A stretch of DNA of 63,884 nt, filler included, from Reclinomonas americana ATCC 50394 (lineage: Eukaryota), in NCBI GenBank assembly GCA_048213135.1. It is 12 parts of 12 records of this genome, joined end to end, with 100 filler letters (N's around TTAATTAATTAA, not from the genome) between each part and the next. Parts side by side here need not be neighbours in the genome. Positions count along the whole stretch, not along the records: positions 26,253 to 30,326 come from AFZH01019887.1; positions 30,427 to 38,531 come from AFZH01019888.1; 10 more parts are not named here. One strand, given 5' to 3'. The translations under genes and the position numbers were made by a program. The notes under the pieces were generated by a model. It did not search any database, was not told the DNA's origin, and saw nothing but the letters and a program-made list of their open reading frames with translations. Shown one piece after another: positions 27,266 to 38,631 of this stretch. How positions within the stretch are numbered: the stretch's first letter is position 1; each line of letters opens with the position of its first letter.

Positions 27266-28188
27266 TCACCGCCTACGCAGGCGCTTCTTACTGCGCACCG
27301 CATCGGAGCCGCAACCGGCGGCCGCAAGCGATGGAGACGGTGCTGCACTCTGTCGCTTGATGTCCAGCGTGCTCGGCAGCATCGTCGCGGCCGGTGCGTC
27401 GTGAACCACAGCCGCCACCCTTGCATTGCTGCCGCCGCTCCCACTGCGACTGCGACTGCGACCACGGCTGCGACCGCGATGATGCCGACGCCGCGGGCGT
27501 GTCGCCGTCGATGATTGGACAGGGGTTGTCACGTCCACGACAGCGGCAGCTGACACACATGCCGGGTCTGTCGTGCAGAAGACAGTGTCTGGTTGGCCGG
27601 CTGACAACACAACAACCGAACAGGCACACACACAGCATACGTACCATTGCGTTTCCAGCGACCCAGTCTCTCCGGCAGGGTCGTCTCTGCGGCCGCCAAG
27701 TAGTCGGCTCGGACGCACTGGGTACACTCCGGGCACTGTGGAGTGCGCGCCGCATACGGCAGCGCATCGCAATCGCAGCTGTGCGAGGCGCACCGGACAG
27801 CTCGGTCATCGTCGCCGTCGTCGTGGTCATCGCCATCGGAGTCGTCGTCAGTAGTGGCGTATCGGCGACTGCGCGCCGTGGCCACCAACACCATCTCCAC
27901 CTCGCGGAGCACGGAGGCCATGCCATGCTCTCGGAAGAGGTTGACGGCGCGTGCACCTTCAAGGTCGCGCAGATGATCGTGGATCAGGTCGGGCAGACTG
28001 TTGATGTCCACCACGAGCTGATCGGCAGCTGGATCTCGGAGTGCCGCACACACCTCGCCGAGAGCGCGCGTGGCCTCGCTGTACGCCTCTGCAGACCATT
28101 GTGTCGGCACCTTCTTGGTGAGCTCTGCCAGAAAGCATTCCACTCGCGCGAGAAGATCTTCGCGCTGGCTTGTTGCCCCCATAGCCAT
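27266..28188 (-). CDS. Hypothetical protein with a Cys cluster and an RS/basic tail
   Basis: Long coding-like exon MAMGATSQREDLLARVECFLAEL..., an acidic patch, CASHSCDC...CPECTQC, a GTACGT donor, then an RGRSRSRS segment. The 3' end is uncertain. Confidence 0.5.
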
Positions 28189-28280
28189 TGTCGTCAGTGA
28201 GTGACTTGCTGTTGCTCTCAATTCGACGGCAAAAACAATAAATCCGACAAACTGATTTCCTATCACACCACTGTCCCGTC

Positions 28281-29409
28281 ATGCCAGGTTCATTGTTGGC
28301 AGATTTTGTAGTGTTGGGAATGGGGACTGAGCACTCGACGCCTCGCACACCGCACGGCCGACACTCGCTTGACAATCAGGCGCAAGCGATCGTCCGATTC
28401 TTGCGTGAACAGCAGGTGCAGAACACGATTGGCTTGCCGCTCCCACCGCAGCCCATCAAGTCGGAGCGCGACGCTCTGCTAGCCTTGTGGAGATTGCGAG
28501 ACAATCTGCCGCAGGTGCAACAGGCGCGACAAGCCAATGCGACGAGGATGCATGACGAGCAAGTGCGCGAACTCGCCGAGAGCGCGGAGACACTGCGAGA
28601 GGCCGCGAAACGCGATCGGGCCGCCATGCTGGCCATGTGTCGTGCCATTCGACAGTGCACTTCTACGGTACTGCACTGCTTCTTCTCACCCCCTGCTGCA
28701 GCTGCTCACAACCAACTCCTACAGCGCTCCTCGACAGACGAGGTGGCGAGCGACAGCACGCCACAGGCGACCAGGCCGCACGATAGCGACGATGCCAGTT
28801 GGTGCGACAACCGCGACGATGACGGCGATGCGCAGCAGGTGGCAACTCGTGATCTACCCTCCGCTGCTCCACGCGTGTTGATGGAGGTAGTGGCGGGCCC
28901 AGTGGAGATCCCGCCGCCCTACACACTGGCCACTGTTCGCGACGCCGTCACACACTCCATCAACGAGCAGCAGACAACAACAACAACAGCATGGACGCTC
29001 GTCAATGACTTCACCAGCGCCGACAGTCACGTGCTGGCCTGCGTGGTTCCACTGACACTGGCAGCCATTGATGGTGCCTGTCACATGCTGGCAGAGCACG
29101 CTCGCAGCGCCAAAGGTCTGCGATCCACACACACACACACACTGCTGACAATCTCTCGACGTCGCTCATGCAGTGCTGCGTGCAGTGAATTTGCAGGAGC
29201 GTCACCACGGGGTGATTCTGCTCGTGAATCAAGTGCTGAGTGCAGAACAGAAAGCCGACGTGATCGCCGAGGTTCTTGCGCGCGGTGTGGTGAGCGACGC
29301 TCGACAAGTGGGCGTGGTGGCCGTCGAGGCCGACGACGTAGCGTTGCGCGTGGCTGCAGACGATAGTGCATGGCTGTCGGCGTTTGTTGATCGCCTGGTG
29401 GAGCGTTGA
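28281..29409 (+). CDS. Hypothetical protein, multi-exon
   Basis: Long ORF from ATG 28281, a GTCTGC...CAG intron at ~29116-29173, and a terminal exon ending SAFVDRLVER*. Confidence 0.55.
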
Positions 29410-29479
29410 GCCAACAATGTAATGAAGGAGAGAGCGTCGCGAGGAGTCCTGCGCAACTTCGTTTCTCTTTTACGCTCAA

Positions 29480-30280
29480 ATGGCGACAAGACCACGCACC
29501 GATCTCTTTATGCAGTACCGAGCGTTGCGTTGCCTCTGCCTCTGCCTCCTCTCACTGTGCACACACTCTCTGTGTGCGTTCGTGCTCTGGTGATGGCCAT
29601 GGCCACCACGTTTACAGAAGCACTCTTGCGTGTGTGTGACTTCTCTCTCTTACTCCTATCGTCTCTCGTTGTGTGTGTGTGTATACGTGTGCATGTGTCG
29701 CTGTCATATGTCATCATCTCACACAGACACACAAAACGCGTGTCGTGTATTTCAGCACTCTCACTTTCCTCTTACACACACACAGTGCGGCACTCACGCC
29801 AGCTGGTACGGGCATTGAGATGACGGGTGGTGGCAAGGGTGCGGGTGGACGAGTGCGTTTCACTGGTCGCGGTGGCGACACGGATGGTCTGTTGGAGGCG
29901 GATGCGGCAGAGCGCGGCATGCGTGGTGTGCGCTCGGATAGTGGCGAGCCAGTGTATGTGCCGGGCTTCATGCGCATGCGCGAGGCCATTCAGGAGGGCA
30001 TGAAGGACATCCAAACACAGAGTTGCGACAGGCTGCTCTTCGTTTTCTGTCCTCATTTATCTCGTGAGCCAACGACGTGCTTTTTGCACGTGCAGTGCGG
30101 AGGCTGAAGGACCTGTACAAGCAGCAGCTGCAGCCGCAGTTTGATGCGTCGGACACGGAGCAGCAGATTGACATTGTGACACGCGAGATCAAGACGCTGT
30201 TCCGCGAGTGCGAGGCGAATGTCAAACTGATTTGCACGGAGCAGGAGGGCGAGGTGTTGGAGACAGGTGAGGCTCCGTGA
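29480..30280 (+). CDS. STX16: Syntaxin-16/Tlg2/SYP4-type Qa-SNARE, 5' part, truncated by the gap
   Basis: N-peptide MATRPRTDLFMQYR (compare MATRNRTxLFxxYR), then Habc helices IQEGMKDIQTQ|MRRLKDLYKQQLQPQFD...EQQIDIVTREIKTLFRECEANVKLI. Confidence 0.85.
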
Positions 30281-30426
30281 GGTTTCGTTGTCCGTGCACT
30301 CGCCCTGACTTCTCTCTCTCTCCCCGNNNNNNNNNNNNNNNNNNNNNNNNNNNNNNNNNNNNNNNNNNNNTTAATTAATTAANNNNNNNNNNNNNNNNNN
30401 NNNNNNNNNNNNNNNNNNNNNNNNNN

Positions 30427-33400
30427 GTCCAGCAAGTGGAAGCACGTGTGTGCCACCGGCACGTGATCGGGAGGCATGCCGGAGCCCTGCACTCGCAGCA
30501 CCCCGTCGCTCGGCAGCCCCGGCTGACCGGTGACGTACTCGAGGAAGAGGCGCAGTTCGAAATCCGTAAAGTTACTCAGAACCTGACGACACACAGTGGA
30601 GTGAGTACTGCGCGTGCAGACGTTGTTGCCACTGGAGTGACGCAACATCGATCAGCATTTGCGGCACCATGCTGTCTTCGGGGAAGCCAGAGAATCGAAG
30701 CGAGTCCATCAGCGACTGCGTGTCAACGCGATCGTCGCTGCACAGCAGGCACATCCACTCGAACGCTCCCATGCCCCGCAGTACGTCTCGGTCAAAGTCC
30801 TGCTCCATGCACTCGAACATACCAAGACGCACAATCTGCACGGCTCGGTCGCGTCCCTCGCCCAGCAGATACGTACGAATGCGGCTGCAAACGTATGCCA
30901 TGCGATTCTGCTCCGTCACGGCGTCGCATTCGGCTGCGCACGCGCATGGAGTCACAATCAGCAATGATGAACAGACGACATGGAGTGGCACGGCGTACCG
31001 ACACCCGGCGGCAAGAAGGCATCAGGGATGCCCTCGAACGTCATGCCGTCGACGCAGTCGACCAGAATGAACCGCAGCGAGCGCACCAGCGTCGGATCCA
31101 CCGGCTGCAGTGCACGCAACAGCAGTGCACACTCGGTGGCCACGGCCGTGGTGCCGTGACACAGTCGGCCAACTGTGAACATTTTTCCAGGGAGTGTCAA
31201 CACACAGACCTGTGGTTTGTTGTGCCTCGCATTGTGCAACGCAACTCGGCGACGACTCGGACAGCAGATCCCAAAACACGGGCGCCAGCAGCGGTGAGGG
31301 AACTTTGCGATCGTCGGCCAGCGCCTTGGCCAGAGCTCGCCCAAAGGAGCGCAGGGTGCGCTCGACTTGTGGCCTCAAATGAGCCGACACACTGTGCAGT
31401 GGCACCGGCAAGTACACCTCGCTGTCGTCTTCCCGTGTGAATGCTGGCGACTCGCGACACACGCCGCGGAAGAACTGCACAAACATCTCTGACGTCGGGC
31501 CACCTGCATTGTTGGAGTGAGACAACATGGCGCACGGCGGGGGTGGAGCAAGATCGTCGTGCCACGCGCCTTCATCGATGCCCTCCTCGCCCTGGAACGC
31601 GACTCGCGTACGTGCCAGCCACCGACTCGGTTCCATGTCGCCAAAGCGACGCACAACTGGGCGGAGAACAACGGGTGTCGTTAGTTTTGCATGCTTCAGG
31701 CACACGACTGAACACACAAACCATCGTCCACCAGCGCCGAGCGCCTGATGCGTAGCAACAGTTGCGGAATGTCGCCGGATCCCTCTCGCTGCACACGATC
31801 GTACCTGGCCTCTGTGAGCGCCCCGCGGAACAACTGCACTCGCAGTTCGAGTGCCTCCAGTTGCGGGAATGCGCAGATGAGCTGTGTGCGATTGGCCAAA
31901 AAGTATGGATGGCACAAGGCGTCGGCCGCCGGGATTCGTTGGTGCATGGGTGCGAACTGCACAGACGACACAGGAATGTGAGGGCGACTGCGAGTGCACC
32001 ACTTTGGTCACACGTATACACACCAGCGACTGCAGCAGAGCAATCAAGTGTGGCGAGTCACGACAAGCCGACGCGTCAAACTGTGCCTTGCTTGACACGG
32101 GATCCACCATGACGTGTGCGTCGACGCCGGCGTATGCGCGGAACAACATCACCCCAAAGGCCCACATGTCGCGCTGCTCAAAAAACGGTGAGCATATCTT
32201 TCAACGACAGTGTCACGACGCAGTGTACGCACCGACGGCATCGACTGCCCCTCCCCGAGAATCAACTCTGGCGCCACGTATCCGGCCGTGCCGCGGAAGA
32301 GAGCTGCACGCAACCACCGAGTCAGAACTGTGTAAGAAGTGAAACAAGCCACGCTGTTTCGCCAGCGACTGACCTGTCTGCGTGCCTGTTTGCGTGAGCG
32401 CAAAGTCCGAGGCCTTGGCGATATCAAAACTGTGGGGTTATCAGCAGCAGCAGGAAGCGTGTCAAACAACACAGCGCTTCAACGAGTGGGAGCTGGGGGT
32501 GGCAATCACGAAACTCGACAATCACTGGTCGTCCGTCAGGCTGCATCACCACGTTTTCGAGCTTCAGGTCGGCATGCACCACGTCGCGCTGGTGCAGAGC
32601 GTGCAAGCCCTACACAATTTGCACGTGTTCAGCAATCGACAATTCGCACGAAAGCCTGTAACGAAGAGCAATTCGCGCACCTGCAGCACTCCGTAAAACA
32701 CCGCGTGAACCTCGTCGTCACCGCGACGGCCGGCAAGCAGCCAGTCGCGCAAGTGACATGACCCGAGATACGGCAACCGCACCACCACTGTGCCCTCCTC
32801 CTGCACTCATCGCGTTATTTCCTACGTAATGCACGCGCAAGAGCACCAGTGCTGCGCAACTTCATCAGCGAAAAACACTCCTTCCAGCTTTACAACATTC
32901 GGGTGGCGAATGTTGGTCAACACGCTCAGCTCTGTCGCCAGTCACTCGTGAGAACACACGCAGCACAGAAGGAAGCAGCGCCTCGTGAGACCTTTGAGCA
33001 GTGCGCGCCTCGCGCGTGCCTCTTGCACGTTGAAGAGCTTCAGCACGCACACAGTCCCATCATGACGATATCTGCCGACACACCAACACGAGTCATTTTC
33101 CAAGCACACTGCGCACTCTAATGCAGACACACGCACACACACACCTGGCCTTGTGTACGACGTTGCGCGAGCTGAGGCTCTGCAACACCTCGAAATCCGC
33201 CAGTTTGGTGCTGCTCAGGAACAGCGGGCTCTCCTGGAGCACTCGAGGCAGCCGAGCGGCAAACGGGTGGCTGGCCGACGCCGACGCATCGCCCGCATCC
33301 ACTGCGGCCGCACGCAAGGCGAACTCAGGCACCAGTTCCGATGCATTTTCCAGCTCCAGCTGCTTCTGTAGCGAACGTGACAGCTCGGCCTGCGCTTCGG

Positions 33401-36243
33401 AGACTCGCAGTCGTGCGCTGTCCACCTGCCGCTCCAGTTGTTGCAGCAAGTCTTCACTAGCTCCGTCGCGACGCCGCCGACGCACCAGAATGCGTGCCTC
33501 GTCCAGCTCGATTGCCGCGTCCTCCACACGGCGGCGGGCGGCGGCCACCTCCTGCAGAATCGTGTCGGCCATGTCGTGGGCGACAATGGCCTCGCGAAGT
33601 CGCGCGGTCTGCATGGTGCATTCGCTGCAAGAAACATGCCAAGCACTTCAGTGACGACGCTGCACGGGAGAGCGGGGATCATTTTTTCTATGCAAAACTC
33701 ACCCCATCAGCGTCTGCTGCTCCTCGGTCCACCGGCGACGATGCGCACGTGAGGTGTGAATCTGCGCCGTACGTGAGCGAAAGTGCTGAAGGGATAACAA
33801 GCGAGAGGGGGGAGAACACGACGTGCCTTGAGAATGGCGGCGCGTAGATCGTCGTGGGTCACTGGGAGAGCACGAATCGACGCCTCCAGTGTCTGCATTT
33901 CATGCTCGATAGCTCGCATCAAGGCCGCAGCGCTGCACGTCTCCGACTCCAGAGACTCGTCGGTTGTCATGGCGCAGTCCCGCAGACCACTAGCGTGTCT
34001 GCGTGCCCATTGCTCCAGCCGTGTGTGGACGTCGGCCAAATTGACTGCGACGGAGGCGTCGTGAGATGACGGTGAGGGTAAGGAAAGGATTGGAGAGAAA
34101 CGGTACCATTTTGCAGGGCGGACGACGTGGGCGTAGGCGGTCCGTCGGCATCCTCAAAGCCACTCATGTCCACCTGCGGCAGTACGGTCACCAGCTCCAG
34201 GCCTGTGACGCGCGTCTGCAGACAGTCGACGACGTCTTGCAGCGCGCGCTCGGCGGCCACATATTCCGCCCTCCGTTGCTTGCACGCCTGCATGACTTCG
34301 TCGGTCCACGTACCGCATTGTACCACCACTTGCCGCGCGCGCAGCGACGCTCTTCTTGCGCTCTCCATGCGCTCCAGCGATAGCGCCTGCGCCTTGCGGA
34401 GCGCGACTGCAAATTCGTCGTCCGCGCCGGCCACCTGCCGCAGGGGGGAAATTCAGGCGCTACTTCCACTCATTAGGTCTCTCGCACAGTCGACGCAACG
34501 TCGGGATCGGTAGACAGCAGTCGAAGCAAGTGTGGAATGCGGAACCGTCGTAATCGCGCGCGCAGCTCGAGTACGCGTTCCGTGTGTCGCTGCAGGGTCT
34601 GCAGACGACGTTGTGACTGCTGCATGGCATGCAGTGCGGTCTCCAGTGGCGACACATTGGCACGAGCAGAGAGCTGAGAGTCTGTGTCCGCGGTGCGCAT
34701 GTGTAAGTCACGCTGTCAATGAATATGCGTCTCCGTATCATGCTCACCCGGTGAACTTGGTCCCTCCTTTTGCGCCTTGTTGCGATCGAGGTACGGCTGG
34801 AACACTCGATCAACATCGCCACCGCACTCGACGGCCACCAGCGACTTGTTGCCGCGCACGGCCTCCTCCAGCGCGCTGAGTGCACCAGCAGCGACAAACG
34901 GATTCACTGCGGGGGAACCAAAAAAGGCGGTGAGGCAAGAGAGAAAGGAGTGCAGCGTGACCTGGCCACGAAACTCGACAGATTGAGCGACGTGAGCGAC
35001 GTGTTGAGGCCGAGGGCACTGGCAATGTGTGCCACTCCACCGGCCCCAATCTGGTTGCCGCGGAGATTGAGTGTGTGCAGGCCACCATTGTAACTAACGC
35101 AACGAGAGAGAGAGAGAGAGAGTCAGGCCAACGCACTCGGAGCGCAAAAAAGAGCGCAAGTACACCAACCGCAATGCTGTGCCCAGCGCCTCCGCGCACT
35201 TGTCGTTGAGCTGACAAGCGGCCAGCTGCAGCGACTCGAGCGTGTGATTCGTCTGCAGCGCCTTGGAGAGCGCCAGCACACCGCTGACTCCGATGCCATC
35301 CTCCTCTGTGCCACACACACGAGTCACAACACGAGCGGGTAGTGACAGGTGCATACGCAGTGGCTCCACCCACCGACAAGCGAGAGGTGATGCAGCGAGG
35401 AGTTTGCTCGCAACGCGTTACCGAGCAACTCCATGCCAGTGGCCGACACTGCACATCCTCGCAGAGACAAGGAGCGCATCGTCCGGTTCAGCGACAACGC
35501 CACCGCCAGTGCTTCCACGCCCTGATCCACCATATTGTACGACTGCAACGACAGCGCAGTCAACGTGCAATTCTCACGCAGCGCATCGCCGAGCAGGTCC
35601 ACTCGCTGAACGCGTCGTCGATTGCCTGCACACCAAGCTGCCGGGTGAGAACGAGACAATGCACACAGACTCTCTCTCATCTTCCGCGCACACACACCCC
35701 ACAGTTCCAACGAGCGGAGCACCATGTTCACGCGCAGTGCACTCGACAGCTGCAGCGTGGCCTGATCACTCAGCAAGTTGCCCACGCCCAGATTGAGGTG
35801 CGTCAGCGAGGTGTTCTCTCGCAGCGCCTTGAGCACCTGCTCCACGCCACTATCCATGAAATTGTTGTCTGCATGCGCATGTCAGCACAGTGACACACAC
35901 GCGCACACACATGCGCGAAACTTCCAAGCAAGAGCGTGGCAAGCGACGTCGACTGGCGAATGCTCCGCGCGAGGCACTCGGCGCCACTCTCGCCCAATCG
36001 CACTCCGCTGACATTGACGCTTTCCACGCGACACTCGGGTCGACTGAGCAGCTCACACAGCTGCTCAAACTCGCCACCCGACACTGCCCGATGCGTCCAC
36101 TCAATCTGCACGCATGCACAATGAGTGTCGAGTGAGCGCATTTTGAGAAGAAAAGCAAGGCGACTTGCCTGTCGCACAGTGCCGCGTGACACCTCCTCCA
36201 GTGTGCGCACACACGAGTCGGGCGAGAGCGCGCGTGCGGCCAT
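30427..36243 (-). CDS. LRR (RI/NLRC3-like) - coiled coil - Ser/Thr kinase-like - HECT E3 ubiquitin ligase fusion protein; extreme C-terminus in the gap
   Basis: LRRs at ~34790-36243 (ALRENTSLTHLNL, ALQTNHTLESLQL, LHTLNLRGNQIG). Kinase at ~31880-33210 (CVLK, LTNIRHPNVVKL, HADLKLEN, VIVDFDIAK, RGTAGYVAPE, DMWAFGVML, ALCHPYF). HECT at ~30427-31760 (LRIRRSALVDD, VAFQGEEGIDEG|GPTSEMF, FGRALAKAL, LFLEYVTG, PVAHTCFHLLD). Confidence 0.85.
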
Positions 36244-36394
36244 TCTGTTTTTTCGATATGACGATTGTCCGGAAAGTTGCACAATCTGTCCGATCGCTGG
36301 CGGCTCTCACTCTCGGGACGATCACAGCGACTCTGCATTGTGTGTGTGCGAGAGAGTGAGTGAGTGAGTGTGTGAGTGTGAGGGGTGTGTGCAG

Positions 36395-38448
36395 ATGCCA
36401 CGCGTTCGCTTTGTGGTGCGTCGGCAAGTGTATTTCGGCGAGTGTGTGGCGGTCATGGGCAGTGTGAGTGCGCTGGGTGCGTGGTCCACTGCAGCTCCGT
36501 TGCCGCTCACCTGGGCGCCTGGTGATGTGTGGCGTGTGGAGTGTGAGGTGAGAGAGTGATCTATGTCGTCGTCGGAATATCTTTCCTGTTGTTGTCGTCG
36601 TGGTTGCTTACATCGAGGCGGTGTGCAGATCAACGAGGAGGTGACCGAGTACAAGTACGTGGTGTTGAGAAGACCTCCGGTGGCCGTCGGCGCCAGTGCC
36701 GGTGCAGTGGAGGTGCGCGCGTTATTTCGCTGACTCTTTCTCTCCCTCTGTCGCTGTGCTCACCTTCGCCACCGCCAGCTGCAATGGGAACCCGGTCCCA
36801 ACCGCTTGCTCCGCCTCGGCTCGGAGACACCGAATGCGAGCGGCATTATTGTTGTCAGTGACGACTGGGTGAGCTGCTCTTCTCTTTGCGCGTGTGTGTC
36901 GCCGCCCCCTTCCATCTGCTGATCCGTGCGTGTTACAGCATGCGGTGTCGACCAAGGTGGTTTTCGAGGTGCAGAAGCACGTCGAGTATGGCGAGAGCCT
37001 GGCCGTGTATGGATCGTCCAAGCGGCTCGGTGAATGGAATCTCCTGGCGCCCGTGCGCATGCAGTGGTGCGAAGGTGACGTGTGGCGATCGCCGCCTGTC
37101 GAGGTGCGTTGATTCCCTTGCTGCGAGGCGCTGTATTTGGTTCGAGAACTGAGTGACTGACTGATTGCGATCGTGCAGTTCTCGGCCGAGGAGACCACGT
37201 TTGAAATGTCGTACAAGTACGCGGTGGTTCGCATTCTGCCCAGTGTCGACAGCACGGCAGTGGATCCGGGTCCGACGTGGGACGTGCGGTGGGAGAACGA
37301 CGTGAATCGCGTCGTGTTTATCGATCGGTGTGCCGACATGCCGGGTGCGCGCGATGCGGAGAGTGGTGTGGTGACACTGCGCGACACGTGGCGACCGCAC
37401 CTGCGACTTGTGCTTGTCGAGTGCCAGGGTCGCGTGCAGTTTGGCGAGCGACTGGCCCTGGTCGGCTCGTGCGCGACCCTCGGGTCGTGGGACGTGCAGC
37501 AATCGGTGCCGATGGAGTGGAACGAGAACGACGTGTGGACGGTGCGCGTTGCGGTGCCGGCGGGGGCACACTTTTACTTTAAGTTTGTGGTGGTCACCGA
37601 CATGGAGCTGAATCGCTCGACCAGCAACGGCGTGACAACTGCTACGGTGAGTGCTATTGCATGCTACGCGCACGAAGTTTCCTTGTCGCTCACCTTCAAG
37701 TTCCCAACAGTGGACGGCGCCGGTCAACGTGCTGTGGTGGGAGCCGGGTGACAACCACGTGGGCTTCCTCAGCGACGAGGGTGAATTCGGGTGGCACACG
37801 TCCTTCCGGCCGTCTACCGAGGCCGAGGAACAGGAGGCGTGGGCCGTTCACCGACAACACATGCCGCCGCAATCGCCGCCAATGTCACCGTCGCGGACTC
37901 ATCGCTCACCGCACCGCTCGCCATCGCGCTCACCACCACTGGCACCCGTGCACACAGACGACGGCTCCGGCAGTGGTGGTGGCGGCAGTTCTGGTGTGCC
38001 TCCGTCGCTCTCGCTCTACAACTCTATGGTGGTGGCGGCCGCTCTCCGCTCACACGCCGACGACACGTTGCGTTTGTTTCTCCGGCCTCACTCCCCCACT
38101 ATTTACTGTGTTGCTTACCAATACATGCAGGCCGTGCACGTGCTCCCGGTGCCGCGACGGCCAGCACGGCATGCTGATTTTGAGTCCGACATCCACCACA
38201 GCACAACCACCGCACGACTTGTCACCGCAAACAGCAGCTCGACTGGCGATTCCGTCGCTGATGCCCAAGTTCCCCGTGCACGTGCGCTCGTGGGAAGTGC
38301 GACCGGCCGCCTCGTCGGCTGTGCGTTTGCGTTTCGACGTCAGGTGAGCGAGACGCCATCTCCTCCCCTCCCCGTCTCACTCTCCCTCTTCCTCACATCC
38401 AACGACGTGCAGATTAACCCCTCCCCCACTGCTGTCGGTAGAGACTAG
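36395..38448 (+). CDS. Protein with three tandem CBM20 starch/glycogen-binding domains and a Ser/Pro-rich tail
   Basis: Three repeats of V.F...(F/Y)GE.(V/L)A(V/L).GS...LG.W.......W...DVW...(Y/F)K(Y/F)...WE, with N(R/H) shortly after, at ~36395-36870, ~36940-37395 and ~37400-37760. Confidence 0.88.
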
Positions 38449-38631
38449 TGTAGAAGCAGCAGCAGCAGGGGAGAGTATGGCAGTCGCCGCTCCGTTTGTT
38501 GTGCACGTCACATAGTAAAAAAAACCAAGCCNNNNNNNNNNNNNNNNNNNNNNNNNNNNNNNNNNNNNNNNNNNNTTAATTAATTAANNNNNNNNNNNNN
38601 NNNNNNNNNNNNNNNNNNNNNNNNNNNNNNN

